A stretch of 64,000 nucleotides of DNA from Candidatus Poribacteria bacterium (GCA_016866785.1 VGLH01000004.1:3573-67572); one strand, 5' to 3'. Positions 54,622 through 64,000 are shown, counted from the stretch's first letter. Numbers and translations: made by a program. Notes: generated from the sequence alone by a model not told the origin.

Positions 54622-54969
54622 CGGTGCGATCGTGTACCCGCGTCGTTCGTGAGGCGATCCTCCCGGCGACGCGGCACCGTCGGTGAGGAGTCCGAGCAGC
54701 CTGGCGCTCCCCCCGTTGCGTCAGAATCAAGTGCTCCCGAAATGTTGCGGATGCCTCGTAATCAAAGTGCTCCCCACGGCTGTTTACTTCTCCAGTACGA
54801 TGCCGATGAGTGGCAGAGCTCTATCGGGTCTGGCTGCGAATGAGCGGTTGGCTGATGCGATGCTGGTGTGTCCGGCGAGTCGGATCAGGTCGATGGCGGT
54901 GTTCGTAGCGCCGACATGACTAGGGGAATGTGAGGGCAGCGAATCGTGGATCGGTCTTCATCCGAAAGC

Positions 54970-55065
54970 GGGAGCCCAGAGCCTGGATTCCCGCTTTCGC
55001 GGGAATGACAGGTCGTGTTGGACCTGCGCAGCAGGCGGCGAGACTCGTTCATGAAACAGCCCTGC
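54970..55065. repeat. Copy 2 of the ~95-nt intergenic element, with an intact REP-like hairpin
   Basis: ATTCCCGC-TTTC-GCGGGAAT perfect 8-bp hairpin (54987..55006), followed ~40 nt later by TCATGAAACAGCCCTGC (55049..55065). Aligned to 3962..4055 as described there. Confidence 0.75.
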
Positions 55066-55080
55066 CTAGCGGGAGCTTGC

Positions 55081-55109
55081 TTGACACCCCGACGGTCGCT
55101 CCCTATCCT
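55081..55109 (+). promoter_or_regulatory. Candidate sigma70-type promoter of argH
   Basis: TTGACA (55081..55086), 17-nt spacer, TATCCT (55104..55109). The ATG at 55120 is only 10 nt past the -10 box. Confidence 0.4.
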
Positions 55110-55119
55110 ATGCCGAGCC

Positions 55120-56649
55120 ATGTGGAGACGTGCCAGGAGTCCTCAATGGTCGGAGCGCGAGGCAAAATCCAGCGCGGGACAGATCGTCCTCGATTACACC
55201 GAGTCGACTCGCGCCGACGGGCGGATGGCGCTCCACGACATCTGGGGGAGCCAGGTACACGCGCTGATGCTGGCGCGTCAGGCGATTCTTTCCGATGACG
55301 ACGTGCGACGTATCCTGGCGCCACTCGAAGAAGCGCGCGCTGACGCGGAAGCGGGTCGCCTGACGCTCGATCCAGCCCTTGAAGACGTCCACATGAACGT
55401 CGAGTCGCGCCTGATCGCAGCAACCGGCAGGGAGTATGGGGGCAAGCTGCACACTGCCCGCTCGCGGAACGATCAGGTTCTCACCGACGCGAGGTTGGTG
55501 GTGCGCGAGGAACTGCTCGCGACCGAAGACCTGACCACGGTGCTCGTGACGACGTTCCTGAACATCGCCGACAACCATGCGTCGGCGGTGATGCCGGGGT
55601 ATACGCACACGCAGCATGCCCAGCCGGTCACACTGGGGTTCTGGGCGACGGCGCACGCGGCGCTGCTGCGCGAGGATTTGCGCCGACTCGCCGCTGCCTA
55701 TCGCACGACGAATCAGAACCCACTGGGCGCGTGCGCTCTCGCAGGCACGAGCTTCATGATCGACCGGGCGCTTACGACTCGCCTGCTCGGATTCGATTCG
55801 GTTCAGGAACACGCGTTGGCGGTCGTGTCGGGGCGCGACTTCGTCATCGAGTCCTTGTTCGCCCTGACGATGCTGATGACGAATCTGTCGCGCATCGCCG
55901 AAGAGATCGTCTACTGGACGACGCACGAGTTCCGAACCATGACGCTGGACGACGCGTACGCCTTGGGCAGCTCGATTATGCCGCAGAAGAAAAACCCGGA
56001 TGTCGCCGAGCTGGCGAGGGGCAGAACCAGCGGCGTGATCGGCAGGCTGACCGAAGCGCTCGTCATGATCAAGGGGCTCCCGCTGGGATATCACCGCGAC
56101 CTGCAGGGGGACAAGCCCGCGCTGTGGGATGCGTTCGACACCGCGAACGCGACGCTTCGCGTGCTCGAGGGCGCACTGGCTACGGCGCGGTTCAACACGG
56201 ATCGCATGCTCGATTTGACCTACGCGAACTTCAGCACGGCGACGGAGCTCGCCAACTTTCTCGTCTCAGGGCGACGACTGCCTTTCCGAGAGGCGCACGA
56301 GATCGTCGGATCGCTGGTTGCATGGCTCGTGGACGCCGGCAAGACGTTCCGCGACGTCGGCGATTGCGTGTCGTACCTCGAAACACGAGAGCAGCACCTG
56401 GACGTATCGCTGCTGGAGGAGATACTGAGTCCGATCGCTGCCGTCGGGCGCAATCGCAGCCTGGGCGGGACATCGCCTCGGGAAGTCGAGCGGATGTCAC
56501 ACGAGTTACGGCTCAGCGTCGATAACGTTGCCGGCAACATTATCGAGCGCCGCGACTCGATCCGTCGAGCCCGAGAGGAGACCGCTCGCGCCGTCGCGGC
56601 AGTGCTTGGCGGCGCGTCGGTTCGCGAAGCGCTCCCGTCGGTTGCCTAG
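55120..56649 (+). CDS. argH: Argininosuccinate lyase
   Basis: GGKLHTARSRNDQV, GYTHTQHAQP and GSSIMPQKKNPDVAEL signature motifs. Start uncertain (55120 preferred; in-frame ATG also at 55051). Confidence 0.95.
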   Translation: MWRRARSPQWSEREAKSSAGQIVLDYTESTRADGRMALHDIWGSQVHALMLARQAILSDDDVRRILAPLEEARADAEAGRLTLDPALEDVHMNVESRLIAATGREYGGKLHTARSRNDQVLTDARLVVREELLATEDLTTVLVTTFLNIADNHASAVMPGYTHTQHAQPVTLGFWATAHAALLREDLRRLAAAYRTTNQNPLGACALAGTSFMIDRALTTRLLGFDSVQEHALAVVSGRDFVIESLFALTMLMTNLSRIAEEIVYWTTHEFRTMTLDDAYALGSSIMPQKKNPDVAELARGRTSGVIGRLTEALVMIKGLPLGYHRDLQGDKPALWDAFDTANATLRVLEGALATARFNTDRMLDLTYANFSTATELANFLVSGRRLPFREAHEIVGSLVAWLVDAGKTFRDVGDCVSYLETREQHLDVSLLEEILSPIAAVGRNRSLGGTSPREVERMSHELRLSVDNVAGNIIERRDSIRRAREETARAVAAVLGGASVREALPSVA

Positions 56650-56668
56650 AGGTCCGGAAGGAGGCTAC

Positions 56669-57406
56669 GTGACAGCATCAGCATTGCGGCGTGCTATCCG
56701 CCGCGTGACTTGGTTCCTCTGCCTGGTTGGAGCAGTCGTTACCTCTGTCGGCTGCGCCCACTACCCGCATACAGCGCTCTATACGGGCGGGCTGCAGATT
56801 GGGGCGGACGAGACGACGCGCGCATCGTGGATCTCGGTCGATCAGAAAGGGCGTCGAGGCGTCTACGGTCATCCCTACGACCCGGACGCGATGACCGCAT
56901 CCCATCCGGAGCTCCCCTACGGCGTGTTCATCCGGGTCACCAACCTCGACAACGGCCGAGCGGCCGTGCTCCAGATCACCGACCGGGCGAAACTCCGTCC
57001 CGACAAGCGCCTGTTCGTCTCCTACCACGCCGCTCAGTTGTTGGACATGGTCGATGATGGCGTCGCCAATGTGCAAATCGAGCCGATACTGGGTCAAACC
57101 GGTGTCGCATCGTGGTACGGGAGCGTGTTCCACGGCCGGCAGACGTCGAGCGGCGAGGTCTACGATCAGGAGGGACTCACGGCGGCACATCGGTTCCTGC
57201 CCTTCGGCACAATCGTGCGCGTTACGAGCGTGACCTCCGGGAAGTCGGTTCTCGTCCGAATCAACGACCGAGGCAGCTTCATCAAGGGACGTGTCATCGA
57301 CCTGTCCCGTCGCGCTGCGGAGGAGATCGGCCTCGACCGCGAAGGCAAGGGCCCGGTCAGCGTGGAAATCGTGCGGACGCCGCCACCGAGCGGCAGGAAC
57401 GCATAG
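56669..57406 (+). CDS. rlpA: RlpA-like lipoprotein with two DPBB (double-psi beta-barrel) domains
   Basis: GTG 56669 follows GGAAGGAGG. Lipobox-like LVGAVVTSVGC. Canonical domain GVASWYGSVFHGRQTSSGEVYD..VRVTSVTSGKSVLVRINDRGSF, preceded by a degenerate copy (FIRVTNLDNGRAAVLQITDR). Confidence 0.8.
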   Translation: MTASALRRAIRRVTWFLCLVGAVVTSVGCAHYPHTALYTGGLQIGADETTRASWISVDQKGRRGVYGHPYDPDAMTASHPELPYGVFIRVTNLDNGRAAVLQITDRAKLRPDKRLFVSYHAAQLLDMVDDGVANVQIEPILGQTGVASWYGSVFHGRQTSSGEVYDQEGLTAAHRFLPFGTIVRVTSVTSGKSVLVRINDRGSFIKGRVIDLSRRAAEEIGLDREGKGPVSVEIVRTPPPSGRNA

Positions 57407-57410
57407 CTCC

Positions 57411-58131
57411 CGTGACGAACCCGATCATCGTCCCGCTGGATGTGCCGGATCGAAGCAGCGAGCGTCGCTTGCTGAACCGACTCGCCGACTCGGTCGAGAT
57501 CGTCAAGATCGGAAAGCAGCTCTTCACGTCGGAGGGTCCCGATTCGGTTCGGATCGCCCATGCGTACGGCAAGCGTGTCTTCCTCGACCTGAAGTACCAC
57601 GACATCCCGAACACGGTTGCCGAAGCCGTACGGTCCGCTGCGACTCTGGGAGTCTGGATGCTCAACGTCCACGTGTCCGGCGGGGGACCGATGGTTCAAG
57701 CGGCTCGTAAGGCGTCTGATGGCGCGGGGTCGAGCCCGCTTCTCATCGGCGTCACGGTGCTGACGAGCCTGGACGATGAGTTGTGGCGCGACGTGTTCGG
57801 TGACACAGGTCGGTCCATCGAGTCGCAGGTGGTACACATGGCGCGCGTGGCGTGTCAATGGGAGCTCGACGGCGTGATCGCGTCGCCGCAGGAGGTCGCC
57901 GCGATCCGTAACGCGTGTGGAACCGATCCCCCCAGCGTGACCCCCGGTGTGCGGCCCTCCGCATCCGGTGACGACCAGCGGCGCACAATGACGCCTGGCG
58001 ACGCGATCCGTGCCGGAGCCGACTATCTGGTGATTGGCCGACCGATCACGGAAGCTGCCGACCCAGCGGGCGCGACGCGCGCGATCCTGGAGGACATCGA
58101 GACGGCTCGCGTAGCGGCGTCAGCGAGATGA
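57411..58131 (+). CDS. pyrF: Orotidine 5'-phosphate decarboxylase
   Basis: IIVPLDV, KIGKQLF, FLDLKYHDIPNTV and the C-terminal YLVIGRPI motif. GTG start. Confidence 0.9.
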
Positions 58132-58871
58132 CACGGCGCGAGGAATGGGAACGCGAACCCCATGCGTGGAATCGGCAACGAATCGCCCATGTCTCGCGGA
58201 CGGTGGCACGCAACTGGGCAGATATGACCGCATTCATGCGGGAACGCGTTAGGCGCCAGGCGGAGCGCTCGGGACCTGCACTGATCGTCGATATCGGATG
58301 TGGCAACGGAGGGTTCTCCGATGGACTCGACGACGCGATTCGGATGTACGTCGGCGTGGACCCGTCTGTGGAAATGCTCGGCAATGTCAGGCGCAGCAGG
58401 CAACGGCGATATGCGCTGGGCGTCGGCGAGCATGTACCGCTGGCTGATGCTATCGCCGATGTCGTCGTGCTGAAGACGGTGCTGGCACACTGCTTCTCGC
58501 CGAACTCGGTGGTGCGGGAAGCGGCGCGCGTGGCGCGGCCGGGCGGCATCACCGTCGTGTCGACAGGGAACCGGGGCGCGTGGTATCAAGTTCTGAGGGA
58601 CGTTCGGAGACGGTTCCTCCGGGCTCGCGGCGGCTCCGATGGTCACCTGTTCGGGTTCACTGAGGATGAACTGGCGCGATTGCTGACGGATGCTGGTTGG
58701 TCCGTAACCGAAAGGCGCCAATCAGGGTACCTCGTGCTGCCGCGATTCGTGGACCGATGGTTGCCGAACGTCTGGGTGGACGGCATCGCGCGAATGTGCG
58801 ACGCCTTGGGCGCTCGGCTGTTGCCGAAGTCAGGCGGAGTGCTCGTCCTAGTCGGGGTGAAGTCGGCATGA
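58128..58871 (+). CDS. Class I SAM-dependent methyltransferase
   Basis: LIVDIGCGNGGFS motif I. 4-nt overlap with pyrF. Confidence 0.8.
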   Translation: MTRREEWEREPHAWNRQRIAHVSRTVARNWADMTAFMRERVRRQAERSGPALIVDIGCGNGGFSDGLDDAIRMYVGVDPSVEMLGNVRRSRQRRYALGVGEHVPLADAIADVVVLKTVLAHCFSPNSVVREAARVARPGGITVVSTGNRGAWYQVLRDVRRRFLRARGGSDGHLFGFTEDELARLLTDAGWSVTERRQSGYLVLPRFVDRWLPNVWVDGIARMCDALGARLLPKSGGVLVLVGVKSA

Positions 58872-59572
58872 GCTACGTCAGCACATCCGCAACGGTTGGC
58901 GATAGCGAGTCGCGCGGCGGCGTCGCGACCCCTGCGTCGATTCGGATCATCCGCGACGGATGGGCGAAGCGGTGTCTGGACGTTGCGTTCTCGGCGGTCG
59001 GACTGCTGGCGCTGTCGCCGTTGTTCGCACTGTGCGCCGTGCTCGCCAAAGCCCAATCGCCGGGCGGAGTGTTCTACTGGGGTCCCCGAGTCGGTCGTGG
59101 GGGGCGCCCATTCCGCATGGCGAAGTTCCGCACGATGATGTGCGACGCTCCGTCGAAGGGCCCGGGCGTTACTGCCGAGGATGATCTGCGCATGACGGCG
59201 GTCGGCAGGTTCCTTCGACGCACCAAGCTGGATGAGCTGCCTCAACTGCTGAACGTTCTGAACGGAACCATGAGCCTCGTCGGACCCCGGCCGGAACTGC
59301 CTCAGTACGTTGCCCACTATGACGAGCAGCAGCGACGTGTGCTGTCGGTACGTCCCGGCATTACGGGTCCCACCCAGATAGCGTTTCGGCACGAGGAGAG
59401 GATGCTGGCGGGGCGCGAGGACGTCGAGAGCTACTATGTCGAGTCGATCATGCCCCGGAAACTCGCCATGGACTTGGCGTACATCGCTGATCGTGGGGTC
59501 TGGGCGGACCTGGGCTACCTGTTCCTCACCGTGTGGCGCATCGTCGTACCGAAGAAGGAGCCCACCACTTGA
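58868..59572 (+). CDS. Bacterial sugar transferase (polyprenyl-phosphate glycosyl-1-phosphate transferase family)
   Basis: KRCLDVAFSAVGLLALSPLF, FRMAKFRTM, DELPQLLNVLNGTMSLVGPRPE. ATGA overlap with the methyltransferase stop. Confidence 0.85.
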   Translation: MSYVSTSATVGDSESRGGVATPASIRIIRDGWAKRCLDVAFSAVGLLALSPLFALCAVLAKAQSPGGVFYWGPRVGRGGRPFRMAKFRTMMCDAPSKGPGVTAEDDLRMTAVGRFLRRTKLDELPQLLNVLNGTMSLVGPRPELPQYVAHYDEQQRRVLSVRPGITGPTQIAFRHEERMLAGREDVESYYVESIMPRKLAMDLAYIADRGVWADLGYLFLTVWRIVVPKKEPTT

Positions 59573-60471
59573 CGGGCATTCTCAAAGCCGTCATACCGGC
59601 GGCGGGAACCGGCACACGGTTGCTCCCGGCGACCAAGTCGCAGCCGAAGGAAATGCTTCCTGTCGGCAGGAAGCCGGTCATCCAGTACGTCGTCGAGGAA
59701 CTGGCGGCTGCAGCGGTGGGCAAGGTGCTGGTCATCACCAGCCAGCAGAAGCGCGCTATCGAAGATCATTTCGACATCGACAGCGTGCAGATGGATCGGC
59801 TGGCGCGCGGTCAGAAGTCCCTGGACGTGATGAATCACCTGTCCATCGACGTGCAGATGTTCTACACGCGCCAGAGCGTTCCGAAGGGCTTGGCGGACGC
59901 CATTGGGTTGGCGGAGCATTTCGTCGGCGACGATCCGTTCCTAGTGAGTCTGGGAGATTCGATCCTGCGTTCCAGCGAGCCGGGCGGCGTCCTCAAGCGA
60001 CTCATCGAGACGCACGCGCAGCAGCGGCCGGCAGCAACGATCGTGTTCGAGACGGTTCCTCGCGAACAGGTGATCCACTACGGAATCGCGCAGCCGAAGA
60101 ACGGCGCCGGCGAAGTGTTCGAAGTCGCCGACCTCATCGAGAAGCCCTCCATCGACGAGGCTCCGAGCGATCTGGCTGTGGCCGCGCGGTACCTGCTCGA
60201 CCCTGTCATCTTCGATTACATCCGTCGGACGCCTCCGGGTCGGGGCGGTGAGATCCAGATCACGGACTCGATGCGACTGATGCTGCAAGACGGTTTGCGC
60301 GTCTGGGGCGTCCGGCTGGGCCCTGACGAGCGTCGCTTGGATATCGGCAACTACGCCAGCTACTACGAGGCGTTCCTCGAGATGGCGCTGGACGACCCGG
60401 ACCCCGATGTGCGCGCCTCCTTCGAGGTGTATGTCAGGAAGCGGCTAGGAATCACGGGAAAGGCTCGGTGA
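59569..60471 (+). CDS. galU: UTP--glucose-1-phosphate uridylyltransferase
   Basis: KAVIPAAGTGTRLLPATKSQPKEMLPV motif. I prefer TTG 59569 (8 nt after GAAGGAG, TTGA overlap with the upstream stop) over GTG 59533. Confidence 0.9.
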   Translation: MTGILKAVIPAAGTGTRLLPATKSQPKEMLPVGRKPVIQYVVEELAAAAVGKVLVITSQQKRAIEDHFDIDSVQMDRLARGQKSLDVMNHLSIDVQMFYTRQSVPKGLADAIGLAEHFVGDDPFLVSLGDSILRSSEPGGVLKRLIETHAQQRPAATIVFETVPREQVIHYGIAQPKNGAGEVFEVADLIEKPSIDEAPSDLAVAARYLLDPVIFDYIRRTPPGRGGEIQITDSMRLMLQDGLRVWGVRLGPDERRLDIGNYASYYEAFLEMALDDPDPDVRASFEVYVRKRLGITGKAR

Positions 60472-61304
60472 CCATGTCGATCGTACGCGTCGCTGCGGTT
60501 CAGATGGATGTCCGTATCGGCGAGAATACCGCGAACCTCGACAAGGTGCTGCGACTTCTGGCTGAGGCTGCCGGCAAGGGCGCGCTGCTCGTCGTGTTCC
60601 CGGAATGCGCCCTGTCGGGCTACTGCTTCACGAGCCTTGCCGATGGCATGCCGTACGCTGAGGACGCCGATGCGGTCGCGGCACGAGTCGCAGAGCGATG
60701 CCGACAACTGAACGTGACGGCGGTGATCGGCTTCTTGGAGCGCGACGGCGAGGACGTGAGGAACAGCGCACTGTTGACGACGCCGGACGGCGAATGGCAT
60801 GTCTACCGGAAGACGCACCTCCCGACTCTGGGTATCGATCGATTCGTCACACCGGGCGATGCGCTGCCGGTGTTTGACACGCCCGTGGGCAAGGTGGGCG
60901 TGCTGATCTGCTATGACATCCGGTTCTCAGAGCCGGTTCGGGTCCTCGGGCTCCAAGGAGCTGACATCCTCGCGCTGCCGACGAACTGGCCCGAAGGCGC
61001 GGAGAGCAGCCCCGACATCATCACGCGGGCTCGGGCATGGGAGAGCCGCGTCTACGTGGTCGCCACCAACCGCGTGGGGGTCGAACGGGGTCGTCGCTTC
61101 ATCGGCCGCAGCCAGATCGTCGCTCCCAGCGGGCAAATCCTGTTCGAGGCGTCCGCGACGGACGAGACGATCCTCTATGCCGACCTGGACCTGTCGTCGG
61201 CGCGCCAGAAGCGCATCGTCAACGAGCCGGGCGAGTGGGAACTCGACATCACCGGCGACCGCCGCCCCGAACTCTACGGACTGCTGACGGCGAGTCCGGA
61301 CTAA
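60468..61304 (+). CDS. Carbon-nitrogen hydrolase (nitrilase superfamily)
   Basis: Glu-Lys-Cys triad contexts VVFPECALSGY, YRKTHL and LICYDIRF. Confidence 0.85.
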   Translation: MTMSIVRVAAVQMDVRIGENTANLDKVLRLLAEAAGKGALLVVFPECALSGYCFTSLADGMPYAEDADAVAARVAERCRQLNVTAVIGFLERDGEDVRNSALLTTPDGEWHVYRKTHLPTLGIDRFVTPGDALPVFDTPVGKVGVLICYDIRFSEPVRVLGLQGADILALPTNWPEGAESSPDIITRARAWESRVYVVATNRVGVERGRRFIGRSQIVAPSGQILFEASATDETILYADLDLSSARQKRIVNEPGEWELDITGDRRPELYGLLTASPD

Positions 61305-61336
61305 CGAGTGCCTATCACCAACCGAGCCCTCTGCCG

Positions 61337-62983
61337 ATGAACAGTCCTTCGCTCTGGGCGCGTTTCTGCGTGCCCCCTTGGCAGCCGCGCGCGCTTGCCT
61401 GTCTGTCCGGCGTGCTCGTCACGCTTGCTCTGCCGGACTGGAACCTGGCTCCGCTCGGTTGGGTCGCGCTCGTGCCGCTCCTGTCCGCCGTCTCGTCTGC
61501 GCGGAGCCTGACCGGCGCGGTTCGACTCGGGTGGCTCAGCGGGTTCGCTGGGTTCCTGGGTACCATCGGGTGGCTATACAGCTTGGGACCCTATACCGGG
61601 CTGCCGCTGCCGTGGGGTTGGGTCGCCAGCAGCGGCGGGGCGATCCTGCTCGCGGCTTACCTCGCGCTCTATGTCGCGCTATTCGCCGTGCTGACGCGTT
61701 GGCTCCTGCCCGAGTCGGGTTGGCGCTTCGTCTTCGGCGTTCCCGTGCTGTGGGTAACCGCCGAATGGCTGCGTGGGTGGGTCATTACCGGGTTCCCATG
61801 GGGAGCCCTCGGAACGACCCAGTGGAATCTGCTGCCCATCGCACAGGCGGCGAGCCTCGGCGGCGTGCCGCTCATCAGCTTCGGGCTCGCGCTGATCGGC
61901 GCGACTGTCATCAACGCCGCGCGACGCAGAACGTCCCGACGCGCGATGGCGTACGAGTCGCTTCCGGCGGCGATTCTGACGGCGTTCCTGCTCGCGCATG
62001 GGTTCTATGCGCTGTCCGAATCCCGAACGCCCGTCGATACGGTTCGCGTCGCCATCGTGCCGGGCAACATCCCGCAGGGCGAGCGCTGGTCGCGCGAGCT
62101 CCTCGAGTCCAACTTCGACGACTATCTCGCCCTCATGGGCAAGGCGGGCGACGCGCGAATCGATCTCCTGGCTCTTCCAGAGACGTCGCTACTGCTGCCG
62201 TACCTCGACCCGCGGCAGCAGGAACGCGTGACGGCGCTGCTGCGAGAGAAGCAGATGCCCTTGCTGTTCGGCACGCCCAGAGTGTCGCGACGCGGCACGT
62301 TGCGGGAGGGTTACAACGCGGCGGTACTGCTCGATGCGAACGGGCAGTTCGTCGATGAGTACTACAAACAGCATCTGGTCCCGTTCGGAGAGTACGTGCC
62401 TCTGCGCGAGTACCTGCCGAAGTTCCTCGTCGAGGACGTGATCGGGGTCGCCGACTACAACTTCGGCAAGCAGTCGAACGTCCTGACCCTAGCGCGCGCG
62501 GATCGTCCCGCGATCCGTCTCGGCGTGCCCATCTGCTTCGAGTCGGTGTTCCCCAACATCAGTCGGGAGTTCGTCCGCAACGGGGCGAACGTGTTGGCGA
62601 TCCTCACCAACGACGGCTGGTACGACGGAACCGCAGCCGCCGGGCAACACAACGCCTTCGCCGTCTTCCGCGCCATCGAAACGCGACGGGCGATCATACG
62701 GGCGGCGAATCGCGGCATCTCGTGCTTCGTCGAGCCGACGGGCAGGATCCGACCTCAGCGTGTCCTTCCGCACGACCAGGCGAGTATGATTGTGGACGAC
62801 GTGCCGTTGTTCGATGGCATGACGGTGTATTCGCGGTGGGGCGACTGGGTGTCGATGGCGACGGCGATCACCACGGCGCTGTTGTTCGGGCTCCGAGCGT
62901 TTCGGTTGCGGACGGCGACCCCGGCTGACCCACCGCCCACGAGCAAGGGGGAGGCAAGACGTGGCAAGTCCTCTCACGACTGA
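61337..62983 (+). CDS. lnt: Apolipoprotein N-acyltransferase
   Basis: Multi-TM N-terminal half, then a C-N hydrolase domain (LPETS, YYKQHLVPFGEYVP, PICFESVF). ATG 61337 rather than the ORF-track start at 61037. Confidence 0.9.
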   Translation: MNSPSLWARFCVPPWQPRALACLSGVLVTLALPDWNLAPLGWVALVPLLSAVSSARSLTGAVRLGWLSGFAGFLGTIGWLYSLGPYTGLPLPWGWVASSGGAILLAAYLALYVALFAVLTRWLLPESGWRFVFGVPVLWVTAEWLRGWVITGFPWGALGTTQWNLLPIAQAASLGGVPLISFGLALIGATVINAARRRTSRRAMAYESLPAAILTAFLLAHGFYALSESRTPVDTVRVAIVPGNIPQGERWSRELLESNFDDYLALMGKAGDARIDLLALPETSLLLPYLDPRQQERVTALLREKQMPLLFGTPRVSRRGTLREGYNAAVLLDANGQFVDEYYKQHLVPFGEYVPLREYLPKFLVEDVIGVADYNFGKQSNVLTLARADRPAIRLGVPICFESVFPNISREFVRNGANVLAILTNDGWYDGTAAAGQHNAFAVFRAIETRRAIIRAANRGISCFVEPTGRIRPQRVLPHDQASMIVDDVPLFDGMTVYSRWGDWVSMATAITTALLFGLRAFRLRTATPADPPPTSKGEARRGKSSHD

Positions 62984-64000
62984 GCTGGAATCGCTCCGCA
63001 GGCGGCTCCTGGAACTGCGAGAGCATCTTTGACCTGCCAGGCAAGCAGGAGGAGATCGGTCGGCTGACCGAGGAATCCTCAAAGCCGGGGTTCTGGGACG
63101 ATGCCGAGCGCGCCCAGAAGGCAGGTCAGCGATTGTCGACGCTCAGGTCCGAAGTCGACGCCTGGGAGTCGCTTCACTCGCGCGTCGAGGATGCGTGCGT
63201 CCTCAGCGAGCTCGCTGACGAGGAGGGCGACGAGTCGACTCAATCCGAGCTCGCGGCAGAGCTCGAAAGACTGCGCGGACTGGTAGCCAACCAAGAGTTC
63301 GCCCTCATGCTGAGCGGCGAACACGACGCCCACAACGCCATCGTCAACATCCATCCGGGCGCAGGCGGGACGGAGTCCCAGGACTGGGCGGACATGCTGC
63401 TGCGCATGTACCTGCGTTGGTGCGAGACGCGCGGGTTCCAGACGGAGATGCTCGACTACCAGGACGGCGACCAGGCGGGGATCAAGAACGCGACGGTTCT
63501 CGTCCAAGGATCGTACGCGTACGGCTACCTGCGAGCCGAGAAGGGCATCCATCGGTTGGTCCGGCTGTCGCCGTTCGACGCGAACAGCCGACGGCACACG
63601 TCCTTCGCAGCGGTGCACGTGACACCGGAGATCGACGACGACATCGACCTGGACATCAAGCCGGACGACCTGCGTGTCGACACCTACCGGTCCGGCGGTC
63701 CCGGCGGGCAGCACGTGAATCGTACCGATTCCGCAGTGCGGATCACGCACCTGCCGACCGGCATCGTCGTCGCGTGTCAGAACGAACGGTCACAGCACAA
63801 GAACCGTGCGACGGCGATGCGCATCCTGCGCTCGCGCCTCTACGACCACTATCAGGAACTCCAGGCGCAGGAACGCGCGAAGGTCGCCGGCGAGAAGAGC
63901 GACATCGCCTGGGGCAACCAGATCCGGTCCTACGTCTTCCATCCTTACCGGATGGTTAAAGACCATCGTACCGAGTTCGAAACCGGCAACGTGGATGGCG
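62961..64000 (+). CDS. prfB: Peptide chain release factor 2; requires programmed +1 frameshift at 63030; 3' end runs off the window
   Basis: Frame 0 runs from GTG 62961 (MASPLTTELESLRRRLLELREHL) to TGA 63030..63032. The +1 frame continues DLPGKQEEI..FWDD..SPF..GGQHVNRTDSAVRITH. AAGGGGGAGG lies upstream of the start. Confidence 0.95.
63027..63033 (+). promoter_or_regulatory. prfB autoregulatory +1 frameshift site CTT TGA C
   Basis: Exact match to the canonical CUU UGA C shift heptamer. The upstream SD-like stimulator is weak (GAGAGCAT). Confidence 0.9.

Noticed and set aside
1-64000. Scan for tRNA/rRNA genes, CRISPR arrays, transposases/integrases, and phage or defence modules.
   Set aside because: I saw no T-loop/acceptor-like tRNA signatures in the intergenic gaps. 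There are no regularly spaced direct repeats, no rRNA-like low-coding stretches, and no DDE/tyrosine-recombinase motifs apart from the doubtful remnant at 54790..54960. The scan was by eye only, so small RNAs could be missed.

Overview
High-GC bacterial chromosomal segment from a diderm organism (TolC-family channel, Lnt, RlpA and a class A PBP are present). It is densely coding on both strands. I can support about 55 CDSs. I recognised no rRNA, tRNA, CRISPR array or intact mobile element. Left to right: (1) a PaoABC-like periplasmic molybdo-oxidoreductase on the minus strand. (2) A nuoABCDHJKLMN operon that lacks nuoE/F/G and also nuoI, with an enlarged NuoJ loop, His-rich NuoL inserts and a probable non-AUG nuoK start. 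(3) A barrel/FlgD-Ig/SPOR fusion protein. (4) An aldo/keto reductase. (5) An RND efflux operon (long-coiled-coil adaptor, pump, TolC-like channel) followed by queG. (6) A minus-strand operon of two URO-D-family paralogs, a cupin and a lectin/beta-propeller protein. (7) A csoR / 43-aa His-rich micro-ORF / P1B-ATPase / DJ-1 unit. (8) Carbohydrate-type enzymes (heparinase II/III-like, creatininase-family, enolase-superfamily dehydratase). (9) A third URO-D paralog translationally coupled to a PurM/AIR-synthase-like protein and followed by a GrdB/PrdB-family reading frame. (10) DUF6807 (PmoA-family) paralogs, a split MprF-like pair, M28 peptidase, PBP1A and a fourth URO-D paralog. (11) A housekeeping run: argH, rlpA, pyrF, methyltransferase, sugar transferase, galU, C-N hydrolase, lnt, and prfB with its classical +1 frameshift. 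The GrdB/PrdB-family frame is the most interesting item: it has two in-frame TGA codons, and one is followed at canonical spacing by a SECIS-like hairpin, so it is a candidate selenoprotein. Other items worth follow-up are the nuoI-less nuo operon, the URO-D/DUF6807 expansion of unknown function, the micro-ORF in the metal operon, and a roughly 95-nt intergenic element repeated upstream of nuoA and argH. All family calls come from motif reading by eye. No database search was run.
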